Shown here: piece by piece, positions 56,646 to 64,000 of the stretch
Layout of the letters: the number at the start of each line of letters is the position of its first letter
Position numbering within the stretch: the first letter of the stretch is position 1
NCBI GenBank assembly: GCA_017628875.1
Contig: JAGBYG010000017.1
Span: 14,622-78,621 of the forward strand
Direction: 5' to 3'
Source: Clostridia bacterium
Lineage (GTDB): Bacteria > Bacillota > Clostridia > Oscillospirales > CAG-272
DNA length: 64,000 bases
Translations under genes and position numbers: made by a program
Notes under the pieces: model-generated
Told to the model about the DNA's origin: nothing
Databases searched by the model: none
The model's input: the letters and a program-made list of their open reading frames with translations, nothing else

Positions 56646-57065
56646 TAATTCAACAAATTTCGCATATTTTTCTTGATGCAATCTGACATCCTTAACAAAC
56701 ACTCTTCTCGATACTGTCAAGGTTCTTTGATTTTAGTAATAGCTATAATAAGTCTCTCGTTTCCACCACGCTTGGTGGGGGGACTATATATCAGAAGCGT
56801 CTGCTCTGCACAATTCAATATAAACATCGTGGTTTTTGAACACCACATGCAGCACCGAACTTGAAGGATTCGAATATCACCGGGCTGTGCAAACGTGAAC
56901 AAGAGGTTACCGTCCTTTGTATCGTCATTCTTTGTGTACCATCCACCATCAATACCCAATGTATTGTGAGCTCTGCTACCTCTGCAACAGGTCTTACATT
57001 ATCTTCCAAAAGGTTTTCAGCAAGAACTGCGTGTTCAGGGATTGAATCCTCAGATGTATAAAAAC

Positions 57066-57106
57066 AAGAAGCACAATGCAATCATTGAGAATGCCTTGTG
57101 CTTCTT
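57066..57106. terminator. Bidirectional-looking terminator downstream of 57144-59663
   Basis: AAGAAGCACAA (57066-57076) and TTGTGCTTCTT (57096-57106). GTTTTTAT follows on the minus strand and TTATTATTATTTT on the plus strand. Confidence 0.75.
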
Positions 57107-57143
57107 TTATTATTATTTTATTTTACCGTAAGACTAAAGACAA

Positions 57144-59663
57144 TTAATTTAACATGTCAAGCAATGCCTGATACTGTGCCATAAGCTCATTTCCAAGCAG
57201 TCCCTTAAGCCACTCATAAACTTCTCTCACGAAATCTCTTACGAGCTCATCACTGTAAACAGCATCCTCTACAGTTTCGTGACAAATGTCGCAGTTTTTG
57301 GTTCCTTCACCGTAATTGCCACTCCACAAGTGACCCGAATTACCCTCAATCTCTCTTTCGTCCACAACCGTATCGCAGTAGATGCACCAAGCGGTTTCAA
57401 CAGCACTCGACTCACATATCGTGCCCTCAGTTATACGATAATCACTCGCAACGTGTCTATCCCCATTAGGAACTATAGTAATATACCAAGCATAAATATA
57501 AGTATATTCCGAAACATCCACCAACACATCGTCTCCGTTGGAATCCTCTATATAAAAATCAGAGCATTCAGGAATTTCATCTGCAAAGCTCTTTCCGTTT
57601 AAAAGCCCAATATAATCATATTGGCCACTCACAAAAGTTGCATCGCCGTAAACGTATATATCACTGGAACAATAGCCACTGTCGTCAGTGGAATCCATAA
57701 ACGTAACGTCGCCATAAATATATATAGCTCCATCGTATAATTTATGGCCATTTAAGTCCACAGTAACGTCAGCATAAATATCGTAATCGTCTTCAATAGA
57801 ACGATTTTCAAGCATCACGATAAAATCTCCGTCCTGCATAGCTTCAACGGTAGCGGTCAATCCCTTATAATACGTAACCTTGCCGTCTCTGATAATCTTA
57901 AATCCTGCATCATCATCGCATACCGAACAATAACCATATTCGTCCCACTCATCACCCTGACAATCGTGCGTTCCATCACAAATTATGCAATCACCGTCAT
58001 TCCAATTGTGCTCGTGCGCATAATCATCGGGAATTAAATCATTACAAATCTTGCAATTGCCATAAAACCACTCGTGCTCGTGCGCATAATCATCGGGAAT
58101 AGCTGTTTCACACAATAAACACTCACCAAAAATCCAGAGATGAACATTCTCATCTGCAGTATCGTTTATGTGCTCACTGCAAAAGGAGCAATAAGTACCG
58201 TTACATGTTGTAAGCATATCAACACATTCATCGTGTCTTGCAAAAAGGATTTCAAAGGAGTCCTCATTATCATAAGAATAAAATCCGAAATAGTATTCCT
58301 CACCCTCCTCAAGCTCAACATTAAGAGAAAAATCATATTTACCTAAAATAGAATTGTCATCAGCATCATCCATATATTCAATATCTCCGTTAATGGATTG
58401 AAAGAAACGTGCATAAGGATCTTCGCCGTTAACTGAAAGTATGGTGTATTTTCCGCTTTCGGAAGGAACGAATCTATAAATTTGCCAAGTAATGTAATCG
58501 GAAAAATCACATTTCACCTCAGAACTGCCAAGAACAAGATCTTCACCTAAAAAGCTCAAGCAATCATCGCAAATATTAGTATAATCATCATTGCCGTCAG
58601 AATGTGGTATCAAACCTGCTTGGCCATAATAAAGACCGCACTCACACAAGTAACCATTGCAAGTCTGCACACCGCCCGAATGCTCATGCTTTTCAATGAA
58701 GTAAGTAAGCAAATTATCTTCTGAATATTCCTCAAATAACAAATAATAGTTTTTTCCCGCCTCAAGCTCAATCGCAAGAGTAAAATTATCGCCTTCACCA
58801 CTATCGTTATCATAAGCCAATTCATTAAACGCAGAATCACAAACGTAAATATTCGGGTTATATTCCGATTGAGAACGGATAATATATATGCCGTTTTCAG
58901 AAGGAGTAAAGCTCACATACACTTTACTTGCATAGACAACAAAAACTGTATTTTCACCAACAAAAGCGTTTTTCTGACCAATATATTCTCCGCAGTAGTA
59001 GCATATGTTAATAAGGTAATCATTAGTGTCCTGATGAATGCCGTTGCCTTCACCAAAGTATTCTCCGCAATCGTAGCACTGATATCCAATACATGTCTGA
59101 GTTGCGTCAAGTCGATGTTCATAGGTAGTTACACCGTAATACCTTCCACAATCACAAAGCAAGCCCTTGCAGGTTTCAAAACCGCCTGAATGCTCGTGCT
59201 TTTCCACGGTAACGCTGCATTCGGCCAAATCGCTGTACGTTACAACAGAAAGATAATAAGTTTCTCCTGCTTCAAGCTCATAGACAAAACCAAAATTGGG
59301 GTATCCATTTCCGTCGTCATCATAAACAAGCTGTTGCAAATCAGAATCAAATAACAACGCTCTTGGGTCGTTTTCTGACATTGTTGAATAAAAGTAATAA
59401 TAACCACTCTCTGTGGGAACAAATCGGATCAAATCTCTTTTATATTTGTTATAATCAGTCATCATAACCGTATTTTCGCCAAGTGCCAACTCGCCCGTAC
59501 CGATGTATTCATTACAATAGTCACAAACATTATTGTAATCGTCACCGCCATCGGTGTGAGTGCATTCTTCGCCACCCTCGGTTGCAATAGCAAATATACC
59601 CGTACCCGCGAAAATGTTAAGTACAAGAACGAGTGTTAAAATTAGTGATAAAAATTTTTTCAT
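57144..59663 (-). CDS. Secreted/anchored Cys-rich protein with three PPC-like (pre-peptidase C-terminal-like) repeats
   Basis: Start moved to MKKFLSLILTLVLVLNIF (ATG 59663, RBS AAAGGAGA). Three repeats of GENTV...FVPTESGYYYF...ELEAGETYYL...EKHEHSGG. A 66-nt internal duplication encodes DDYAHEH. Confidence 0.7.
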   Translation of the reverse strand: MKKFLSLILTLVLVLNIFAGTGIFAIATEGGEECTHTDGGDDYNNVCDYCNEYIGTGELALGENTVMMTDYNKYKRDLIRFVPTESGYYYFYSTMSENDPRALLFDSDLQQLVYDDDGNGYPNFGFVYELEAGETYYLSVVTYSDLAECSVTVEKHEHSGGFETCKGLLCDCGRYYGVTTYEHRLDATQTCIGYQCYDCGEYFGEGNGIHQDTNDYLINICYYCGEYIGQKNAFVGENTVFVVYASKVYVSFTPSENGIYIIRSQSEYNPNIYVCDSAFNELAYDNDSGEGDNFTLAIELEAGKNYYLLFEEYSEDNLLTYFIEKHEHSGGVQTCNGYLCECGLYYGQAGLIPHSDGNDDYTNICDDCLSFLGEDLVLGSSEVKCDFSDYITWQIYRFVPSESGKYTILSVNGEDPYARFFQSINGDIEYMDDADDNSILGKYDFSLNVELEEGEEYYFGFYSYDNEDSFEILFARHDECVDMLTTCNGTYCSFCSEHINDTADENVHLWIFGECLLCETAIPDDYAHEHEWFYGNCKICNDLIPDDYAHEHNWNDGDCIICDGTHDCQGDEWDEYGYCSVCDDDAGFKIIRDGKVTYYKGLTATVEAMQDGDFIVMLENRSIEDDYDIYADVTVDLNGHKLYDGAIYIYGDVTFMDSTDDSGYCSSDIYVYGDATFVSGQYDYIGLLNGKSFADEIPECSDFYIEDSNGDDVLVDVSEYTYIYAWYITIVPNGDRHVASDYRITEGTICESSAVETAWCIYCDTVVDEREIEGNSGHLWSGNYGEGTKNCDICHETVEDAVYSDELVRDFVREVYEWLKGLLGNELMAQYQALLDMLN

Positions 59664-59686
59664 TGTTTTCTCCTTTTGTATTAAAA

Positions 59687-60001
59687 TTATATCTTTCTTT
59701 TTTTGCATCGGCAGATGCCTATAAGATCTCTGCCCTTTTCAAAATGAGAGCAACCGCAGCAAATATCCACAAGAAGCTTTCCCTCAAAATGCTCACAGAT
59801 GTCCTGCATTTCCGTAACGAATGGATATCCTTCATTATCATATTGTGGCCTTTCCAAAAAGTTCGGATATATTGGAATTGGATCGTTATACTTACCAAAA
59901 CGATCGGATTCCTCATAATATCCATAGCGTATCTCAAAATTTATCTCGCCCACTTTGAAAACACCGTAAAGATCGCCCTCACGAATCCTCGTGTTGCTCA
60001 T
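59687..60001 (-). CDS. Small Cys-rich hypothetical protein (104 aa)
   Basis: Strong RBS AAAGGAGGGG. C-terminal CEHF...DICCGCSHF...GICRCKK cluster. 23 nt upstream of the secreted-protein gene. Confidence 0.6.
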   Translation of the reverse strand: MSNTRIREGDLYGVFKVGEINFEIRYGYYEESDRFGKYNDPIPIYPNFLERPQYDNEGYPFVTEMQDICEHFEGKLLVDICCGCSHFEKGRDLIGICRCKKRKI

Positions 60002-60086
60002 TTCACCCCTCCTTTTATCGTTGGATTTCTTTGTTGAATTAATTTTATCATATTTTTTTCATCTTGTACACGTCCAAAACACCCCT

Positions 60087-60130
60087 ATTTTAGACATATT
60101 TTTTTGTCTAAAATCGACTCATTTTAGACA
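60087..60130. promoter_or_regulatory. Operator-like repeats ATTTTAGACA (inverted pair plus a third direct copy)
   Basis: ATTTTAGACA at 60087-60096, its exact reverse complement TGTCTAAAAT at 60105-60114, and ATTTTAGACA again at 60121-60130. They lie upstream of the 59687-60001 gene. Confidence 0.4.
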
Positions 60131-60320
60131 TTTTTTAAAAAACCAAAATATCAAAATAGTGATATTTTGTCTCCAATATACAGCAACTATGCGTTTTTTA
60201 TGCGTTATTGCCGATTTTATATAATTTTTTTGATGTTTTGCTTTGTTCGTATATACGAAATTTTGGTGTCTTTCAAAACCTGTTTTTTCGCATATGCGAA
60301 CGATTCTTTTTTGCGCCCCA

Positions 60321-60353
60321 AAACAAAAAAAGACCTCTCTTTCGAAAGGTCTT
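60321..60353 (-). terminator. Rho-independent terminator of the LuxR-family gene
   Basis: Minus strand AAGACCT-TTCGAAAGAG-AGGTCTT followed by TTTTTTGTTTT. Confidence 0.75.
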
Positions 60354-60363
60354 AAATTGATTA

Positions 60364-61587
60364 TTATAATATGTAAGAAAGCTCGTTTTTGTCCTGAATT
60401 CCTGTCTTGTTTATAACTCTCACAATTGCCTGTTTCACGGTAGATTCGGAAACATGCAATATTTTTGATATCTCCGGCACACCAAACCCAAAAGCAGTCA
60501 GCTTTGCCACCTCGTGCTCCTTGGGAGTGAGATTTGTCGCAACGTATTTGTTTTTGACCTGCCCTGAAAGACGAGCCCAACCGAAACGGTAAATGTCATA
60601 AAGCTCAAGTATCTTTTGAAGAGCCGGCTGATCCTTTTGCGCTATTCTATCCTCAAGCAAGCCATCAAAATGGCGTATGTATTCCGTTAAAAGTCCATAC
60701 AATTTATCCTCAAGAGCAAGTTTTATCGCCTTGTCAATATGCTCTATTGCTCTTTTTCTATCACCCGAATTGTGATATGCAACAGCACAAGACATTCTGA
60801 GATATATTTGAGGGATAATCGTTGCATCAACTACCGCTTGAGTAATGAGTGGCTCAATAGTGTTTGGAATCAGTCGCATCAGCGCAAGTCCCTGCATACC
60901 ATCAACCTCGAACTGTCCGGATGCGATAGCGAAAGCTGCCATATAAAGATATTTAACGTAAAACACCTTTGCCGAAGGATGTGCCTCAGAGGGTAACACC
61001 TCAAAATTTCCCATTTTAAACCATTCGGGGTAGTCCTTGTTGTCATAGATTGAGCTGTCGATAATGGCAAGAGCAAGCGATATCAATTCTCTTTCGTGCT
61101 CCGTTTGGCAGGGTGCTTCACAAATATGCCTTTTCGCCTCATTCCAAAGATAAATATCACCGCGCCATATAGCGCACTGGGCGAGCAACATTCCACCACC
61201 GATTATCGCATAAAAACCGGAATGAGCATTGAGGAAATATCTTGCGTGAGCATAAACCTCATCAATTTCACCACGACGATAAGAAATCTGCGCTTTAAAT
61301 AACTGATATGCCTCGGGATTATTAATCAATTTTTCTGCGCATTCATCTGCCTTTCCCGGCACGTCATAAATATTGGTCATATCAAGAAAAGGACTTTTTC
61401 TCGGCATAGGCAAATGTGGAGTTTTATCTTTTTTTGCAGCGCTTGGCAAAACTGCTTTTTCGGGAATCATCCAAGATTTGCCGAATTTAACAACACCCTT
61501 AATTTTATTCTCGCTGCATAACTTTTGAACGCAACGTAACGTTACGCCCCATTTTTCAGCAGCTTCTTTTACCGAGATATACTCCAT
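60364..61587 (-). CDS. Transcriptional regulator: N-terminal MerR/excisionase-like HTH + TPR-like middle + C-terminal LuxR-type HTH
   Basis: ISVKEAAEKWGVTLRCVQKLCSENKIKG at the N-terminus. LTPKEHEVAKLTAFGFGVPEISKILHVSESTVKQAIVRVINK at the C-terminus. Confidence 0.8.
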   Translation of the reverse strand: MEYISVKEAAEKWGVTLRCVQKLCSENKIKGVVKFGKSWMIPEKAVLPSAAKKDKTPHLPMPRKSPFLDMTNIYDVPGKADECAEKLINNPEAYQLFKAQISYRRGEIDEVYAHARYFLNAHSGFYAIIGGGMLLAQCAIWRGDIYLWNEAKRHICEAPCQTEHERELISLALAIIDSSIYDNKDYPEWFKMGNFEVLPSEAHPSAKVFYVKYLYMAAFAIASGQFEVDGMQGLALMRLIPNTIEPLITQAVVDATIIPQIYLRMSCAVAYHNSGDRKRAIEHIDKAIKLALEDKLYGLLTEYIRHFDGLLEDRIAQKDQPALQKILELYDIYRFGWARLSGQVKNKYVATNLTPKEHEVAKLTAFGFGVPEISKILHVSESTVKQAIVRVINKTGIQDKNELSYIL

Positions 61588-61737
61588 ATATTTCCCTCTC
61601 CATAGCTTTTGTTCGCTAAAACGAACTTTTTATCATTTTAACACATTTTTTTTATAAATACAATAGCATTTGTAAAATAAAATTTAAACTTACAAAATAC
61701 TTTTGACTTTTTGCATATTAATCTTGTTTTAGTTTTA

Positions 61738-61873
61738 GAAAAAATAAAAAAGCATAACTCGAAATCGTCTGTGCGTGATTCATGCCATAAGATTGACATT
61801 TCGCTTCCAAACAAGTGACAGTTATGCTTCTTTTATTTAGCGGAGACGCTATTGGCCCATGCGTTCCACTGCG
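61738..61873 (-). ncRNA. Candidate small RNA or terminated leader (about 135 nt) with its own promoter and intrinsic terminator
   Basis: Promoter TTTACA (61903-61908), 17 nt, TGgTATAAT (-10 at 61880-61885). Terminator stem AAGCATAACT (61750-61759) with AGTTATGCTT (61820-61829), an inner CGAAAT/ATTTCG stem, then TTTTTTATTTTTT on the minus strand. Confidence 0.35.
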
Positions 61874-62070
61874 AGAGGTATTATACCACATAAAAACAAT
61901 TTTGTAAATCATCAAAATTGCCAAATATTTATATAAATTTTCGTTGGAATTCATAGCAAGTAGAAAATTTGACATATTTTGACCCCCTTTTTTGTACATT
62001 TCGACAATTAAATTCTTTAAATTCCCTTTTTCCATCAAAAACGACATTAGTATATTATCACAATTTTATA

Positions 62071-62250
62071 AGTTATCACTCACTAAAACACAGTACAGCA
62101 AGCATCCTTTATGATTGGAGATGGGAAATAAGATGCTGGTTAAGATATTCAACCATTAATGTAACAGCAGATATTTACACACATATTTTACAAAATAGAA
62201 AAGCTAGTCCTAAAAACTTGCTGGCAATGTTGACAAAAAAGTTGTTTTAA
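62071..62250 (+). pseudogene. C-terminal remnant of a tyrosine recombinase (phage-type integrase)
   Basis: SYHSLKHSTASILYD...RYSTINVTADIYTHIL matches the HxLRHt...LGHssi..T.d.YtH end of integrases, including the catalytic Tyr context. No N-terminal or core part is present and the central stretch is shortened. Confidence 0.5.
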
Positions 62251-62359
62251 AAGTAGATAAAAAGATATCCAAACTGATACATTGGCATATTATTTGCTTA
62301 ATTATTTAGTATAATCATAACAAAATTGTTAAAAGATTGCGTGTTATTTTTCAACACTG

Positions 62360-62388
62360 TTGATTTATGCTATAAATTGTGATATAAT
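62360..62388 (+). promoter_or_regulatory. SigA-type promoter for the TIR gene pair
   Basis: TTGATT (62360-62365), a 17-nt spacer ending in TGa, then TATAAT (62383-62388). Confidence 0.55.
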
Positions 62389-62463
62389 GTATTAAATTAT
62401 ACTTTGAGTATTCACAGTTAAAATAACTGAAATTCATATAAATTGATAGAAGGAGTAAAAAAT

Positions 62464-63306
62464 ATGTTCACGCCCCCAGTATATGATGGAAAAGAACCCT
62501 ATATTTTCGTAAGCTATGCTCACAAGGACACACAAACCGTTTTTCCAATTATCAGGTTTTTACAAAACAAAGGTTATCGTGTATGGTATGATGCGGGAAT
62601 TGAAGTAGGTGCTGAATGGCCAGAATATATTGCAGACCACCTATACGACAGTTCTCTTGTTTTGATATTCATATCAAATAATTCCAACAATTCTCATAAT
62701 TGTCGTAGGGAAATAAACCTATCCATTGAATTAAAAAAAGACAATTTGCTGATTTATTTAGAATCTGTGGAGTTTTCTAGAGGTCAACATATGCAGTTGT
62801 GTGGAATTGAGGCGCTACACTATAACCAACATGACTGTTTTGAATCTTTTTGGAAAGAATTATGCTCTAACCCTAAACTTTTTCCTTATCTTGAAAAGAA
62901 TGTAAACAGTATCCAGAAAACATTAGATGCAGTTGATATGGACGAACTATGCTTCTATAAAGCTATCGAATGTTCCCAAATCGGTGATTACAACAGGATG
63001 TTCAAATTTTATAAAAAAGCTGGAAATCTCGGTCATATCATTTCCCAGTATGAAGTTGGAAGATGTTATGAGCTTGGAATGGGGATTGAACATAACATGA
63101 CCGAGGCCGTATCGTGGTATTTACGCGCAAAAGACAATGATTACCCTCTTGCAAAGAAAAAAGTAAAAGAATTGGCTCTTCTAGGTTTTATTGATCCCAT
63201 GGATTATGATCTCGATGATGAAGTTTTTAAATTTGATACCTCTAGTTTTATTATTGACGTCATTAATTCTTCAATTATGAATAGCATTAAAGAAGAAAAA
63301 AAGTAA
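62464..63306 (+). CDS. TIR-domain protein with C-terminal Sel1 repeat(s)
   Basis: PYIFVSYAHKDTQTVFPIIRFLQNKGYRVWYDAGI...NCRREINLSIE (TIR). AGNLGHIISQYEVGRCYELGMGIEHNMTEAVSWYLRA (Sel1). ATG 62464 behind a GAAGGAG RBS. Confidence 0.8.
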   Translation: MFTPPVYDGKEPYIFVSYAHKDTQTVFPIIRFLQNKGYRVWYDAGIEVGAEWPEYIADHLYDSSLVLIFISNNSNNSHNCRREINLSIELKKDNLLIYLESVEFSRGQHMQLCGIEALHYNQHDCFESFWKELCSNPKLFPYLEKNVNSIQKTLDAVDMDELCFYKAIECSQIGDYNRMFKFYKKAGNLGHIISQYEVGRCYELGMGIEHNMTEAVSWYLRAKDNDYPLAKKKVKELALLGFIDPMDYDLDDEVFKFDTSSFIIDVINSSIMNSIKEEKK

Positions 63307-63327
63307 ACTTTACTTGGGAGTGTTATT

Positions 63328-64000
63328 ATGACAACAAATCAAGATAGAAAAAAACCTTATATTTACGTCAGTTTTTCAAAAAAAGATCAGCATATCTCTC
63401 GAAATATTATCTCCTCAATTAAAAATTCAGGTTTCAATACAGTATATAATGACATTACTGCAAAGGGAATAGAAGAATTAGAAATTATTGCCGAATTAAT
63501 ATATAACTGTACAACTTTTTTGTTTTTAGTATCACATAATGTAAACGAAGAAGATGACTGTTATAAAGAAATAAACTATGCTATTGAATTAAAAAAGGAT
63601 ATCTTGGTTGTATATCTTGAGGAAACACATCTTTCACGCGGACTACATATGCAGTTAAGTATTCTTCAGGCCATTTTTTACAATCGTCATCCCAATCATG
63701 ACTCATTTATGAGACAATTAAAAAGCAGCAAGATGCTATCGGTATGCTTAAATGAAAACGCAATGTCGATTGATACGTGCACCATTAGTAATAATCAAAA
63801 TACGCTTGAATTTAAATACAAGAGAAATTACAAAGGATACACTATTGTTGGATACAATGGTATTAACGAAGATGTTATAATTCCTGATTTATATAACAAC
63901 CTACCAGTAACATCAATTGGGCAAAAGGCCTTTTCTGGATGCGATTATATATACAATATACAAATTCCCGATTCTATAGAAATTATTTGTGATTTAGCGT
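63328..64000 (+). CDS. TIR-domain protein with BspA-type LRR (3' end runs off window)
   Basis: My own translation from ATG 63328: KPYIYVSFSKKDQHISRNIISSIKNSGFNTVYND...DCYKEINYAIE (TIR), then LPVTSIGQKAFSGCDYIYNIQIPDSIEII (LRR_5-like). Confidence 0.8.
   Translation, partial: MTTNQDRKKPYIYVSFSKKDQHISRNIISSIKNSGFNTVYNDITAKGIEELEIIAELIYNCTTFLFLVSHNVNEEDDCYKEINYAIELKKDILVVYLEETHLSRGLHMQLSILQAIFYNRHPNHDSFMRQLKSSKMLSVCLNENAMSIDTCTISNNQNTLEFKYKRNYKGYTIVGYNGINEDVIIPDLYNNLPVTSIGQKAFSGCDYIYNIQIPDSIEIICDLA

Noticed and set aside
56777-56782. G6 homopolymer as a possible phase-variation switch.
   Set aside because: The tract is too short to argue for slipped-strand switching and it lies in a region with no confidently intact gene.
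58009-58100. 26-nt exact direct repeat with a 66-nt period.
   Set aside because: It lies inside the secreted-protein ORF and encodes a duplicated 22-aa DDYAHEH...C..C segment. This is an ordinary intragenic duplication, not a mobile-element end.
60119-60580. 153-aa minus-strand ORF that overlaps the 3' end of the LuxR-family gene and its terminator.
   Set aside because: It is out of frame with the well-supported regulator gene, spans the terminator and the operator repeats, and has an Arg/Lys-rich nonsense-like composition.
61718-62047. 109-aa minus-strand ORF with a plausible internal RBS (AAGGGGGG before ATG 61975).
   Set aside because: The frame reads through a near-consensus promoter and a long terminator hairpin. 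The sequence has no recognisable motif. I treat it as an RNA element instead, and some doubt remains.
61600-62460. Search for a tRNA gene or att direct repeat next to the integrase remnant.
   Set aside because: No cloverleaf-compatible sequence (no GTTCGAATC-type T-arm) and no obvious flanking direct repeat were seen within the window.
1-64000. Possibility of an alternative genetic code (TGA read as Trp, Mollicutes-like), prompted by the insert-bearing ABC ATPase and the abundance of lipoproteins.
   Set aside because: Long ORFs of up to 1503 aa are intact under the standard code and conserved Trp positions are TGG. The 408-aa gene (34039-35265) ends at TGA, with the next gene's RBS immediately after it.

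Overview
Low-GC, Firmicutes-like chromosomal segment. RBSs are GGAGG-type, promoters are TTGACA-17-TATAAT type, there are many lipobox lipoproteins, and the standard genetic code applies. No rRNA, tRNA, CRISPR array or intact transposase was seen.

The window splits into two parts.

(1) 1-23.5 kb is an ordinary glycan-utilisation locus, almost all on the minus strand. It holds two SASA-type O-acetylesterase lipoproteins, GH3, GH43, a sugar ABC transporter (solute-binding protein, two permeases and an unusually long MalK/MsmX-type ATPase), several surface proteins and a divergent AraC regulator.

(2) 23.7-64 kb is an accessory, conflict-type island.
- It opens with a plus-strand GNAT / TIR / SGNH operon.
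- A roughly 30 kb run of minus-strand genes (26.9-56.6 kb) follows. It is saturated with phospho-signalling, proteolysis and defence-associated domains:
  - TerD, an ADP-ribosylglycohydrolase and three calcineurin-like phosphoesterases (two are lambda/PPP-type).
  - A transglutaminase-like protease, an M48 protease and three consecutive zinc-ribbon-headed proteins.
  - A TerY-P-like set: two tandem vWA genes, a PP2C and a Ser/Thr kinase.
  - A soluble ClpB-D2-like / receiver-like / FtsH-AAA / M41 protease fusion of 1161 aa.
  - A TM-Rossmann-RyR protein.
  - A roughly 1500 aa protein joining a Ser/Thr kinase, a Rossmann-RyR module, a possible CARF-like region, a Card1-like PD-(D/E)xK nuclease and an HhH tail.
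- The right end carries a secreted Cys-rich protein operon, a LuxR-type regulator, a candidate small RNA, a tyrosine-integrase remnant and two more TIR proteins (TIR-Sel1, TIR-LRR).

The best candidate for an undescribed system is the kinase-nuclease giant with its neighbours (47.3-56.6 kb). The expanded TerY-P / AAA-protease / Zn-ribbon block (35.4-47.1 kb) comes next.

All domain calls come from motif reading of the supplied translations or my own translation. No database search was possible.
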